Positions 18,344 through 28,853 are shown, counted from the first letter of the stretch. The stretch is DNA of 64,000 nt from an uncultured Parachlamydiaceae bacterium (GCA_963742415.1 CAVULX010000004.1:1088001-1152000); one strand, 5' to 3'. The notes: generated by a model not told the origin, from the sequence alone. Numbers and translations are program-made.

Positions 18344-20275
18344 ATGGATCCTCTTTCCGTAATAACTGCTCAAAATCAACCTCAAGCAAATTCGCAAGTG
18401 CCATTTGCCAATTTGACGCCGGGATTACCTGTTTTGGAGAATCTTGCAAATAGGTCTTTTAACGAATTTGAAAACGCAGGAGATCCCTCCTTAAATGAAA
18501 AAACTGTCCATCCAATTTTATCCGAATTTGGCATCCCCCAAATCAATAATGTAGCAAAACTTCAGCAGCTATATTCAGCAGCCAAGAAACCGGGAAGTGA
18601 AAAAAAAACATTTTTGGATGAGGCGCTTGAGCTGCCCCATATACACACCCGAGATTACACTGTGGAGGAGATACGCAAGATCACCATGGACCAAGTCCGT
18701 GCCATCCTAAAAGAAAAGCTAGTCTCCATCGAACAATTAGACCGTCTGTTCGACCACCCGAACACCCTTGATTTTCTTACAAAATTAGGCCTCTTAAATC
18801 CCTCGGCCGCCACCTTGCTGCTTGTTCATCTTGTTCTTTGGGGAAAGTCTATCCTTAGGCTTGGGACTGAAAAGCACTGGAAGGCTTATCTCGAAAAAAG
18901 CAATAATCTCGAAATCATGGGGTGCTGCTTGATGACGGAGATGGGTCATGGCTCCAACGTGCCCGGCCTTGAAACTACAGCCACCTATGATCCGAACACA
19001 CGGGAATTCATCATCCACACCCCCACCCGAACCGCTAACAAGGCATTCATCGGCGGCGCAGCTCAAAATGCCACCCATGGGATCCTTTTTGCTAATTTAA
19101 TTTTAAACGCTCAACCCATGGGGGTACATGCCTTTATTGTCCCTCTCCGTGCAAATAGTCAAACATTGCCCGGCATTACCATCCAAGACATGGGTGCAAA
19201 AAGGGGTCTTAATGGGGTGGATAACGGTTTTGTTGCATTTAATCAGGTGAGGATCCCTTATGACAATTTCTTAGATCATTTTGCTGAAATATCGGACGAT
19301 GGAATTTATATCCCTAAAAACGGAAATAAGGATCCACAAACTCTCATTTATTTCCTGTTATGCCAACTCAACACAGGACGGCAAACGATAGCCTGGAACT
19401 CGGCTAGTTCCCTTCCCTTTCTAACTTCTTTATTCTGCTGCTATCCCCCTTCCATCGGGATTACCTTCCATAAAAAGCTAATGGTCAAATTTCTGAGCCG
19501 TGCATTTGCCTTAAAATTTGCTCAGCCCATTTATCTAGGAAATAACATTGAAGACCACGTTCCAGCTTCTTTAATGAAAGCCGTTTCAAGCGAAATGGCA
19601 ATGGCTTTTTTTCAAGAGTTGCTTTTTTATTATGGATGCAATCCGCAGGCCAATCGGGTTTACACACTCATCAAAAAGTTTGCGCATGATTTTGATGCGA
19701 CATTGACATATGAAGGGGACAACATGGTTCTCCTGCAAATGGTCACTAAATACATCTTTAAAAACATCTACAACGAAGATCAAGACGCTCCCCCTGAACA
19801 AGATCCCTACCACCTTCTTCAAAGGGAAGTTTTTAATCTCGCGTCAGAGATTGGGAAAAAATTAGAAACTAGTGGAGGGGATGTGGATAAAGGGCTTGAA
19901 ATATGGAATCAGGAATGCCAATTGGAAGGCATAAAAATGGCCGAAATTTATGGTCAAAAATCAATTCTTAAAGAATTTTACAAAAAAGCCTGTGCTCTAG
20001 ATGCAGAACAAAATACAACTAAATGGTCGAAACTTTATTTTATCTATGCCTACGAAACTTGCAGCAAATACTTAACGCTGCCAAAGACTCCCGATTTAGC
20101 CGCCATCTATAATGAGCTGTATCCCGATATCTATGGATTGCTCATCCACTTCGACCTAAAAATGGAGTGGCTCTATGCGATGCTTCCCCCGCCAACCCAT
20201 TCGATCCCCTTTGAAACATTTGCTACATCCCCAAAACAATTGTTGTCGAAGCTGCAATTCAATAATAAGCTGTAG
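18344..20275 (+). CDS. Acyl-CoA oxidase-like flavoprotein with N-terminal extension
   Basis: MTEMGHGSNVPGLETTATYDP, GVHAFIVPLR, GLNGVDNG and TYEGDNMVLL motifs of acyl-CoA oxidases. Confidence 0.82.
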   Translation: MDPLSVITAQNQPQANSQVPFANLTPGLPVLENLANRSFNEFENAGDPSLNEKTVHPILSEFGIPQINNVAKLQQLYSAAKKPGSEKKTFLDEALELPHIHTRDYTVEEIRKITMDQVRAILKEKLVSIEQLDRLFDHPNTLDFLTKLGLLNPSAATLLLVHLVLWGKSILRLGTEKHWKAYLEKSNNLEIMGCCLMTEMGHGSNVPGLETTATYDPNTREFIIHTPTRTANKAFIGGAAQNATHGILFANLILNAQPMGVHAFIVPLRANSQTLPGITIQDMGAKRGLNGVDNGFVAFNQVRIPYDNFLDHFAEISDDGIYIPKNGNKDPQTLIYFLLCQLNTGRQTIAWNSASSLPFLTSLFCCYPPSIGITFHKKLMVKFLSRAFALKFAQPIYLGNNIEDHVPASLMKAVSSEMAMAFFQELLFYYGCNPQANRVYTLIKKFAHDFDATLTYEGDNMVLLQMVTKYIFKNIYNEDQDAPPEQDPYHLLQREVFNLASEIGKKLETSGGDVDKGLEIWNQECQLEGIKMAEIYGQKSILKEFYKKACALDAEQNTTKWSKLYFIYAYETCSKYLTLPKTPDLAAIYNELYPDIYGLLIHFDLKMEWLYAMLPPPTHSIPFETFATSPKQLLSKLQFNNKL

Positions 20276-20308
20276 GTTTACCCCGTAGGGAACGAGCGTT
20301 AGCGAGTG

Positions 20309-20481
20309 ATCAGTTTTTTGGAGTGCGGCGGCTTGCCGCGCTTTGACAAGCATCGCCTTGGCGATGCTTCAAGGCAGAGGCAAAGTGTTACCTATGTGGT
20401 TGGGTTAAAGTGTTACCTATGTCCCTGGGGTCGGACCGCCTAACAAAGCGGCGGCAAGCCGCCGCACTCCAAAAAACTGAT
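20309..20481. repeat. Family F REP-like doublet with cargo
   Basis: Arms atcagttttttggagtgcggcggcttgccgcgctttg (20309-20345) / caaagcggcggcaagccgccgcactccaaaaaactgat (20444-20481); internal hairpin 20348-20369 and a 16-bp direct repeat. Confidence 0.9.
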
Positions 20482-20483
20482 TA

Positions 20484-20801
20484 TTAGACTTTCCATCCAA
20501 AATGAGAAAAAATTTGTTCTTTAAGATTATCAGCTTCGAATTTAGCTTCTGCGTATTTTGATATTTTTTCTACACATTCGAACGGAAGCTCTATCTCTTT
20601 AAAGGATTTCCCTTTAAGAGGTTCTCTCGACCAAACACATTCACCTAATGAATTGATCGCTATTCCTATAGAAGAAATATGAATCTCTTTAGCTATCTCA
20701 TCAGGGCAATCATTCATCAAATTCCAAACAGAATAACATCTCTCTGTTTGATAAGAAATAGCTGGAATTGTTGAGGTTGTGGTTGTGGTTGGCGATGCCA
20801 T
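20484..20801 (-). CDS. Hypothetical protein (105 aa) with Thr/Ser-rich N-terminus
   Basis: ORF with AGGAG RBS; no recognisable motif. Confidence 0.6.
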   Translation of the reverse strand: MASPTTTTTSTIPAISYQTERCYSVWNLMNDCPDEIAKEIHISSIGIAINSLGECVWSREPLKGKSFKEIELPFECVEKISKYAEAKFEADNLKEQIFSHFGWKV

Positions 20802-20994
20802 AAAAAATCTCCTTTATAAAGGTTTAGAAAATCGAACGGCATTCTAAAAAAGTATTTAAATACGATCAATGTTAATTTAATTTGACCCGACATCCAAAAG
20901 ACCCATTCCTGGACCTATTTAAGATTCATTTTTTCTATTTCTTCTCAATGTATCTCACCCCCTCTGTGGTTAACCTTGCAGCAGCAAGCAATAT

Positions 20995-22095
20995 TTACAC
21001 CCAAATGATCTTCTTTTTATTCTCCCTGGTCGACAAATTGGGGAGAGATTTTCTTAGTGACGGTTTTTCACTAATGGGGATATTTTTTTTACTTTTTTTC
21101 TTGATAAACTCTTTACTTTCTATTTCCTTAGCAATCTTTTCCATGAATTCTTGGGTCATTTTTCCATCCTGGGTAATCACACAAATTTGGGTAGTAATAT
21201 GAATAGGGTTGTCAAAGTCCCGTTCCATGATCAGACCCTTAAGCCCATCAAAGGATTCATCATCTACTTTTTCAAATGGCATGCCAAGGTTAGCTTGTAT
21301 TTCTTTAATGGGGATTTGGATGATAAACAGCTTTCTGTTCCAAAGATCGTGGCTTTGATGCGCAATGAAACTCCGCCTTTTTCCATTGTCGTTGAAATAT
21401 AATTTTGTGTTCTTAAACTCATTGGTATCATCCACAATTTGAACGCTTGTCCCATCCCAAGATCCGATAATAACAATAGTTGCAGGACCATTCACATAGT
21501 CTGGATTATTATTAAAAGACACATTAAATGACACAGTCTCCTTGTCGCTATTTTCCTTGTCCAGGGGTAATAGACAGGCTTGCACAAAATGGCTAACTTT
21601 AAATTCATGTTCCCCGACCAAACGCCCTTTAACATGTCCTGAAATATCATATTTGGAAAAATCACTTAAATATTCTTTTAGCAGTTTTGTTTCCAATTTT
21701 TTTTCTACATCATTTTTTACTAGGACGGAAAAACTATCCATCAGTACCAATTCAGCATCTTCAGAAAAATTTTCTCGCCGGATAACCGGCAACGCAACAT
21801 CCTTGCCATCCTCTTTTATTTGCAGGGTTAAATCGGAAATTTTAGTTTCAAAAGAAACTCCTTTAACCTGGAGGGTATTCCAAACCACATTTTGAATGAT
21901 TAATTCTTTTTCCCTGGCATACATTTCAACAACCCTGCTTTCCGCCATTTTTTGAACTCTTTCAAGAGCCGTTTGCTTATCTAAATCTCGTTCCTTTTTT
22001 TTATCCAATTCATGTTGTATTGTCAGTTCTCCTTCAATATCCATCTGAAACATCATGCGTTGTTTAACAAAACCTTGTTGTACGCCACCAACCAT
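20995..22095 (-). CDS. Hypothetical protein (366 aa)
   Basis: Long ORF with GAGGAG RBS downstream of sulP; no recognisable motif. Confidence 0.65.
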   Translation of the reverse strand: MVGGVQQGFVKQRMMFQMDIEGELTIQHELDKKKERDLDKQTALERVQKMAESRVVEMYAREKELIIQNVVWNTLQVKGVSFETKISDLTLQIKEDGKDVALPVIRRENFSEDAELVLMDSFSVLVKNDVEKKLETKLLKEYLSDFSKYDISGHVKGRLVGEHEFKVSHFVQACLLPLDKENSDKETVSFNVSFNNNPDYVNGPATIVIIGSWDGTSVQIVDDTNEFKNTKLYFNDNGKRRSFIAHQSHDLWNRKLFIIQIPIKEIQANLGMPFEKVDDESFDGLKGLIMERDFDNPIHITTQICVITQDGKMTQEFMEKIAKEIESKEFIKKKSKKNIPISEKPSLRKSLPNLSTRENKKKIIWV

Positions 22096-22126
22096 AGCAA
22101 AATCTCCTCTTAACGTTGCCCAAATA

Positions 22127-23989
22127 TTAATTTGTAACTTTTATTGGTTCAATTTGTATTCCAGTCTCCATATTCTTATTGTCAGTCGATTCCGCCACCA
22201 ACTGCGTCGCTCTATTTATCGCTTTTTGCATGTAAAGATGGGGATGCCGCTCATCGAATAAGAAGAGATTCTCTTTCCGGATGAGGTCGACAACTCCTGA
22301 ATCACTTAAAACGTCCCATAGCTGAGTCGTAATTCCGCAACAAATTAATTGCCGATTTGACCCTTTAAGATAATCGTGAAGCTGTTGTAAGGCTAAACAA
22401 GCGGTGGCATCGATATCTCGTGTATTCTTGAGCTGCAAAATAATCACCTGGGTTGTGGTGTCATCTTCAGCAAAGGCTTTGAGGGTAGTTTGAAATAAAT
22501 CTGCGGCACCAAAAAATAATTCCCCCTCGACTTTAATGACCCGGATCGGCTTATGTTCTCGCGCCTGGCAAAAGTGCAAGTTGACTAATTCCCCATGCTC
22601 ATCTACATCATATTCTACCAAATGGGGAACAGCGGCTTTTTTCAAGTAAAGGATAATGGAAAGAACAACGCCGATGTAAAACGCAATGTCCAGACTAAAA
22701 AACACGCACGCTAAGAGGGTCATCCAAAGCACAAAGGCATCTGAACTTGTCGCTTTAAGGCACAAGAAAAACTGCTTCGGATTCACAATATTGGCAGCAG
22801 AATAAAGCAAAAGAGCTGCCAAGGCGGCCAATGGGATCATCGCAATAAGCTGCCCGCAAGTAAAAACTAAAATTCCCACAAACAAGGCGCTTAGCATAGC
22901 TGAAAACCGAGTCTGCGCTCCGTTGCAAAAGTTCAGCGTCGTCCTCGAAGGACTTCCTGATACAGGCATTCCCCCGACAAAGCTAGAGACCAAGTTGCCT
23001 AGTCCGATTCCAAAAATTTCCTGGTTGACCGAAAGCCTCTGCCCCGACGAAGCGGCAATCGATTTAGCTACCGAAGTGGTTTCCATAATCCCTAAAAGTG
23101 CTAAAGCAAAGGCAACCGGCAACAAATCATTCATGATGCTTGTGCTAAAGTAAGGAAATGAGAATTTCGGCAAAAAATCCAACATCCCTCCAGCATCTCC
23201 AACAACCATCACTTTTGCATGGTGTTCCGCCGAATAGGGGTCGACAACCCCCGATTCAGGTCCATAAGAAGATAAGTCAAAAATATAAACAACTAAAGCG
23301 CTTAACACCAGGGCAACTCCTGCAGCTGGAATCCTATTGTCGACTCTTTTTAATCCGATAATCATCGCCAAAGAGCCTAAGCCTACCAGAAGAGTGGGCA
23401 CATGAACTTTCTGCAAATGGGTCAACAAATAAGCTCCCTGCTCATAAAATGAATGGACACCCTGCATGCTTTCAATGCCCATAAGTGTAAATAACTGATT
23501 CACTACAATAGCTATAGCAGTCCCCGCAATATAGCCGACAATCACCGAATGGCTGACAAATTGGATCAAACGCCCCAATTTACAAACGGCGGCAGCCAGT
23601 TGTAATAGAGCGATCAAAAAAACCAGTTGAGTCATGACCTGAATGGCCATCATATCCCACTCGCTTCCCGTCAAATGGCGATAATAATTAAATAGAACCT
23701 GAGAAGTCCCCGCCTGCACAAGGATAGCAATCGCATTGCTAGGGCCTACAATGAGGTGTCGCGAAGAACCGAAGGCCGGAGCGACAAAAGCAGAAAAGAT
23801 CGCTGCGAAAAATCCGCATGCTAGCGGAAGGCCCGCCAATAGGGCATAAGCCATCGCTTGTGGGACTGTCAGCAAACAGACATTGAAAGCCGACGAAACA
23901 TCCAGCTTGAAAGATTTCCACGAATACGATTCAATATCTTTCCGCAAAGGGGAAAAAGAAATATCGTCAACATGGTAGTTAATCGACAT
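22127..23989 (-). CDS. SulP/SLC26 anion permease with STAS domain
   Basis: VPQAMAYALLAGLP, GSSRHLIVGP, NQEIFGIGLGN, STAS motif GELFFGAAD...DIDATA. Confidence 0.93.
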   Translation of the reverse strand: MSINYHVDDISFSPLRKDIESYSWKSFKLDVSSAFNVCLLTVPQAMAYALLAGLPLACGFFAAIFSAFVAPAFGSSRHLIVGPSNAIAILVQAGTSQVLFNYYRHLTGSEWDMMAIQVMTQLVFLIALLQLAAAVCKLGRLIQFVSHSVIVGYIAGTAIAIVVNQLFTLMGIESMQGVHSFYEQGAYLLTHLQKVHVPTLLVGLGSLAMIIGLKRVDNRIPAAGVALVLSALVVYIFDLSSYGPESGVVDPYSAEHHAKVMVVGDAGGMLDFLPKFSFPYFSTSIMNDLLPVAFALALLGIMETTSVAKSIAASSGQRLSVNQEIFGIGLGNLVSSFVGGMPVSGSPSRTTLNFCNGAQTRFSAMLSALFVGILVFTCGQLIAMIPLAALAALLLYSAANIVNPKQFFLCLKATSSDAFVLWMTLLACVFFSLDIAFYIGVVLSIILYLKKAAVPHLVEYDVDEHGELVNLHFCQAREHKPIRVIKVEGELFFGAADLFQTTLKAFAEDDTTTQVIILQLKNTRDIDATACLALQQLHDYLKGSNRQLICCGITTQLWDVLSDSGVVDLIRKENLFLFDERHPHLYMQKAINRATQLVAESTDNKNMETGIQIEPIKVTN

Positions 23990-24105
23990 AAAACATAACC
24001 GATATATTCCACAATATAACCCTTTAAGAATAAATTTTTATTTATTTTTAATCCACTTATAGTTAATATTTTGCCTATAAAAGTTAAAATTTTGAGTTAA
24101 TCCCC

Positions 24106-25538
24106 ATGCCTAAATTCCCCAAACTTGCCATCGTTGGCCGCCCAAATGTCGGCAAGTCAGCTTTATTCAATCGGATATGTAAAAAAAAATCGCCATTGTC
24201 GATGAAGCAGAAGGCGTCACCCGCGATAGGCTCTATGCTACTACCGATTTTTTTGGAAAACCTTTCCAAGTGATCGATACGGGAGGAATCAATGCCCGCT
24301 CCAAGGCGTTATTCAACGATCAAATTAAACAGCAGGCCGAAATCGCAATCGAAGAAGCTGATACGATCGTCATGGTCGTGGATGGCCACGCTGGGATCAC
24401 AGATTTAGATCAGGAAGTCGCCCAAATTCTTCACCGGACAAAAAAGCCTGTCACTCTCGCAGTTAACAAAATCGACAACTTAGAGCAGCAGCACCTCATC
24501 TATCAATTTCAATCCCTAGGAATAAAAAAAATTGTAGCGGTTTCCGCCGCCCAATCGTGGCACATCGCAGAACTTCTCGAAGCGGCTTTTCAAGATCTTT
24601 CCCAGGAGAAAGAGAGCGATCCCCATGGGGAGGCCATCTCTATTTGCATTGTGGGCCGGCCAAATGTGGGAAAATCCTCTTTGATCAATTACCTTCTCGA
24701 CGAAGAACGATGCATTGTCAGCCCGATTCCCGGCACCACCCGCGATAGCATCGACATCCCCTTCATGCACGGGGATGATCGCTACGTTTTGATCGATACG
24801 GCAGGAATTCGGCGAAAACATGCCGAACATGAAGTGGTCGATAAATTTGCCTCCATCCGTACTAAGCGGGCTATCGAAAGAGCCGATATCTGTTTGCTCA
24901 TGTTGGATTCCCAGCAAGGGATGACTGTCCAAGAAAAGAAAATTGCCAACATGATCGAAGAGGCGGGAAAGGGATGCCTTATTTTATTTAACAAATGGGA
25001 CCTCGTAAAGGGATTCCGCATGGAGCACTGCCTCCAAAGCATCGAAGAAGATGTCGAATTTTTGAAACACTGTCCGAAAATTTTTATTTCCGCAAAGACC
25101 GGACGAAATGTGGACAAAATCTTTCCAGTGATCAAACAGATCGATGAAGATTCCCGAAAACGGATTTCTACTCCTCAATTGAATAAATTTATTGAAAACT
25201 GCCTGCAGAAAAACCACCCCCCCATGCTCACAGGAAAACGGTTGCGCATTTATTATATGGCGCAAGTTCAAGAACAGCCACCCCGTTTTATCTTGTTTGT
25301 AAATAATCCTGCCTTGATGACCGAAACATATAAAAAATATCTTTATAATCAATTCCGGGAAACCTACGGCTTTGTAGGCGTCCCTTTGCTCTTCCACCTC
25401 AAAGGGAAGCCGAAAAAAACCAAGCAAGAACGACTCGAAGACGCCTCCCACCATCGACCCGAAAATGGGGATGCAGATGATGGGAATGATCTGTATGCAA
25501 CTGGCAATGATTTTGACGAGGAATTTGAGCAGCAATAA
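24106..25538 (+). CDS. der: Ribosome biogenesis GTPase Der/EngA, frameshifted at an A9 run (24181-24189)
   Basis: ATG 24106 gives MPKFPKLAIVGRPNVGKSALFNRICKKK; IAIVDEAEGVTRDR...IDTGG continues in another frame; second GTPase domain GRPNVGKSS and KH-like tail intact. Confidence 0.92.
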
Positions 25539-25562
25539 GAGCTACCGGATAAATACCGTTAA

Positions 25563-26063
25563 TTATACCAAATGCAAAAGCCAAAAAATAAAAGGGTAAT
25601 TTGGCATCTCATGAGGTGCATCGATAGGAGGATAGCAAGGTTCAGGGAAAGACCCAGGTCTTACGTTAGTATTAACTATCCAAGTCAGATTATAAATCGT
25701 ACCGATGACATCTAGAGCAAAATTGGCCTGCTTTCCATAAGGCACAAAAGCTTCCAATATCCCACGTGCGATTTGAGCAGTTGCCATTAGTAAAGCCTCG
25801 TCGTACCAACGCCCTATTATTACTCCACCCTTGGAATTACGTTCTCCAACGCATAACGTGACAGCTGCCAATGTAAGCCCTGAACCAATTCGACCGATGC
25901 CAGAATATTTCGAATATTTTGAGTAGCCTAAGAAATTTAAGCTTAAGTTATGTATTTTAAAAAGGGAAACAATAATGTCTCGTGCTCGTTTTCGATAGGT
26001 GATACCATCCCAATATTGATTAAAAGAAGCACTATTTATAGAAAATAGTCCATATGTATTCAT
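25563..26063 (-). CDS. Hypothetical membrane-associated protein
   Basis: AT-rich ORF with Gly-rich hydrophobic segments; start uncertain. Confidence 0.55.
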   Translation of the reverse strand: MNTYGLFSINSASFNQYWDGITYRKRARDIIVSLFKIHNLSLNFLGYSKYSKYSGIGRIGSGLTLAAVTLCVGERNSKGGVIIGRWYDEALLMATAQIARGILEAFVPYGKQANFALDVIGTIYNLTWIVNTNVRPGSFPEPCYPPIDAPHEMPNYPFIFWLLHLV

Positions 26064-26154
26064 TATTAACATCCCACACATTAAATTAAATCAAAAGAAT
26101 ACTCTATAACTTAATTAATATCAATTATAATTTAATATTAATAATACATTTTTA

Positions 26155-27291
26155 TTACACCAATTCATAGGGCAAGAGAAGTTTTTGGGCAAAATAGGAA
26201 GGGCCAGCCGCATCTATGACGGCGCCGCCAAGGCATCTATCCCCCTCATAAAAGACGATCGATTGCCGAGGGGTAATCGCTCTTTGAGGCCGCAAAAAGC
26301 GGACAAAAACCTGACTATTTTCAATCCCTTCGATGACACACTCTTGATCTTGCTGCCGATAACGTATTTTAGATTTGCAATAGAAAGGGAATCCAGTCGG
26401 CACATCATTGCCTATCCATGTCAAGTCAACTGCAGTTAAAGTATCGGCAAACAAAGCCGGATGGGAAGCCCCCTGATCTACAAAAACCACATTGCGGGCA
26501 ATATCCTTCCCCACCACGTACCAAGCTTCTCCAGCTCCTCCAATCGCCAATCCCCGCCTTTGCCCAATAGTATAATAAGCCACACCATCGTGCCGCCCTA
26601 CAACTTTCCCTTCCATATTCTCGAAATTTCCCGGTTGAAAAGGAAGATGCTGGCTCAAAAAAGCTTTAAAGTTCCGCTTACCAATAAAACAGATTCCCGT
26701 GCTGTCTTTCTTCTCCGCCGTCGCCAGACGATGCCTTTGAGCGATGGCTCTAACCTCTTTTTTTAACATACCCCCAATGGGAAAAAGGACCTTCTCAAAA
26801 ACGGAGGCTTTCACCGCGTGCAAGAAATAACTTTGATCTTTTCCATCATCCTCCCCTTTTAAAAGGAGAGGGGTGTCATTTTGGCTCGCGATCTGACAAT
26901 AATGGCCGGTAGCTAAAAAATCGGCTCCTAGTTCCAAAGCCTTTTCAAAAAGAACCTTAAACTTAATTTCCCGATTGCATAAGATATCAGGATTAGGCGT
27001 ATGCCCCTTTTCAAATTCTTGAAGAAAATATTGAAAAACGGTTTCTTTATATTCTTGCACGAAATTGATCGAATAACAAGGGATGCCGATCTGTTCGCAC
27101 ACAGCGACAACATCCTCATATTCTTTCGAGGCGTTGCAGATCCCATTTTCATCTTTTTCTTCCCAGTTTTTCATGAACATGCCGATGACACGATACCCCT
27201 GGAGCTTAAGCAGCAAGGCCGAAACAGAGGAATCGACCCCTCCGGACATGCCAACGACAACGGTTTTTGAGGAACCTGAAAAAGAAGTCAT
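26155..27291 (-). CDS. mnmA: tRNA 2-thiouridine(34) synthase
   Basis: GMSGGVDSSV, TPNPDILCNREIKF, ATGHY, KDQSYFL and KKDSTGICFIG; start moved to the Met just after the upstream gene's stop. Confidence 0.97.
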   Translation of the reverse strand: MTSFSGSSKTVVVGMSGGVDSSVSALLLKLQGYRVIGMFMKNWEEKDENGICNASKEYEDVVAVCEQIGIPCYSINFVQEYKETVFQYFLQEFEKGHTPNPDILCNREIKFKVLFEKALELGADFLATGHYCQIASQNDTPLLLKGEDDGKDQSYFLHAVKASVFEKVLFPIGGMLKKEVRAIAQRHRLATAEKKDSTGICFIGKRNFKAFLSQHLPFQPGNFENMEGKVVGRHDGVAYYTIGQRRGLAIGGAGEAWYVVGKDIARNVVFVDQGASHPALFADTLTAVDLTWIGNDVPTGFPFYCKSKIRYRQQDQECVIEGIENSQVFVRFLRPQRAITPRQSIVFYEGDRCLGGAVIDAAGPSYFAQKLLLPYELV

Positions 27292-27295
27292 GGCT

Positions 27296-28594
27296 TTAAG
27301 AGGGTTCGACAGAGGGGTTTTCATTTGAAACAGCAAGAATATTTTTTTCCCCCTCCGATTTGGCGACAAGTGCGGCACAACAAGCTGTGCCAAAAACATT
27401 CACCGGAGTTCGAAACATATCCAAAATCCTTTCAACAGCCATAATTAAAGCGATCCCATCCGCCGGCAACCCTAGCGTGTTCAGGATCACAATGACAGAG
27501 AACATGCTCGCAGAGGGGATCCCTGCTGTCCCCAAAGAAGATAATAACGTCATCAACACCACTACACAGAGCGAGGGGATGGTCAAATGGACTCCATAAG
27601 ACTGAGCAATAAAAAGCACACTGACACAAGTGTAGAGAGCTGAACCGGATAAATTAACAGAAGTGCCAAGGGGCAAAATGAAACTACTGATCCGATTGGA
27701 GATCCCCGCCCGCTTTTCTACACAGTCGATGGTTACAGGCAACGTGGCCGCTGATGATGTTGTCGAAAAAGCAGTTATCAAAGCCGGAAACAACGCCCGT
27801 ATATATTCCAAAGGATTAAGTTTGGCCACGGATTTCAGTAAAAGGGGCAAAAAAACGAAACCATAAACTCCCAGTCCAATGATCACCGTGCAGAAAAAAT
27901 AGGCCATCGAAACAATGGCTTCCAACCCAGTCATCGCAATAGCTTTCGCAACTAAGCCGAAAACACCTAGGGGGAGAGCTTTGATCACTAGTTGTGTGAT
28001 CTGCATCATAATTTGAAAGACTCCCTTCCAGAAGCCTAACAAAATCGAAGCGGCATGGGATTCCGTCTTTGAAATAAAATACCCAAACAACATGCAAAAA
28101 ACGATAATTCCTAACATCTGCCCTTGGGAAGCTGCAAAAATGATATTTGCAGGAACGACTTTCAGTAAAATTTGCTCCACAGACTGGAATCCACTTATCT
28201 GAGTCTGCTTTTGAATTTCGGCCAGCTGATCCAGGTTAATCTTCGAAGCCAAAGTGGATGACAAGTCAGATGCAGAACCCGGGGAAAAAATAAGAGCAAC
28301 AGCCACCCCTATAAGAATGGCGCAAAAGGATGTTAAAATAAAATAGCCAAATGTTTTAAGCCCAAGCGAACCGAACGCCTGATCCGTCCCCATCCGCGCC
28401 ATCCCTATGATGATGGAAGAGGCCACCAAAGGGACGACAACTAAACTGAGGGCATTAAGAAACAGCTGGCCGATCAAGTTGTAAATTTGAAAAAAAGGGA
28501 TCCCAAAAAAAGTCTTTTCGACCCCAGTGATTAACCCTGCAGTTACTGCGAGAGCAATAGCCAATAAAACTTTAACTAATAATCCATTTTTCAT
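27296..28594 (-). CDS. Dicarboxylate/amino acid:cation symporter (GltP/GltT family)
   Basis: AFSTTSSAATLP, LPLGTSVNLSG, GTAGIP and RILDMFRTPVNVFG motifs. Confidence 0.93.
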   Translation of the reverse strand: MKNGLLVKVLLAIALAVTAGLITGVEKTFFGIPFFQIYNLIGQLFLNALSLVVVPLVASSIIIGMARMGTDQAFGSLGLKTFGYFILTSFCAILIGVAVALIFSPGSASDLSSTLASKINLDQLAEIQKQTQISGFQSVEQILLKVVPANIIFAASQGQMLGIIVFCMLFGYFISKTESHAASILLGFWKGVFQIMMQITQLVIKALPLGVFGLVAKAIAMTGLEAIVSMAYFFCTVIIGLGVYGFVFLPLLLKSVAKLNPLEYIRALFPALITAFSTTSSAATLPVTIDCVEKRAGISNRISSFILPLGTSVNLSGSALYTCVSVLFIAQSYGVHLTIPSLCVVVLMTLLSSLGTAGIPSASMFSVIVILNTLGLPADGIALIMAVERILDMFRTPVNVFGTACCAALVAKSEGEKNILAVSNENPSVEPS

Positions 28595-28640
28595 CTTAAA
28601 GCACATTTAATGATTTGGAAGCAATGTTTCGATGCTTCGA

Positions 28641-28666
28641 GGCAAGCCGCCGCACTCCAAAAAACT
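28641..28666. repeat. Family F solo arm
   Basis: ggcaagccgccgcactccaaaaaact is identical to part of 20444-20481. Confidence 0.85.
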
Positions 28667-28733
28667 ACAATATCAGTAAAAATTGTATATGAATTTCCAA
28701 TTATTTAAAATAACATTCATTGAGGATTAATGA

Positions 28734-28824
28734 TTAACGCAGAGCCGGGGAGTCGGGGAGACGCAGAGATAAGTCATTTTCTCGATTATCTCTGCGTCTC
28801 CCCGACTCCCCGGCTCTGCGTTAA
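28734..28824. repeat. Family G perfect palindrome (39-bp arms, 13-nt loop)
   Basis: ttaacgcagagccggggagtcggggagacgcagagataa and its exact reverse complement at 28786-28824. Confidence 0.95.
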
Positions 28825-28853
28825 ACTCATTTAAAGATAGATTTATTCTATAA

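Noticed and set aside
24270..25538. 422-aa Der starting at GTG 24270 as a complete gene
   Set aside because: It would lack the G1/G2 motifs, which are encoded upstream across the A9 frameshift
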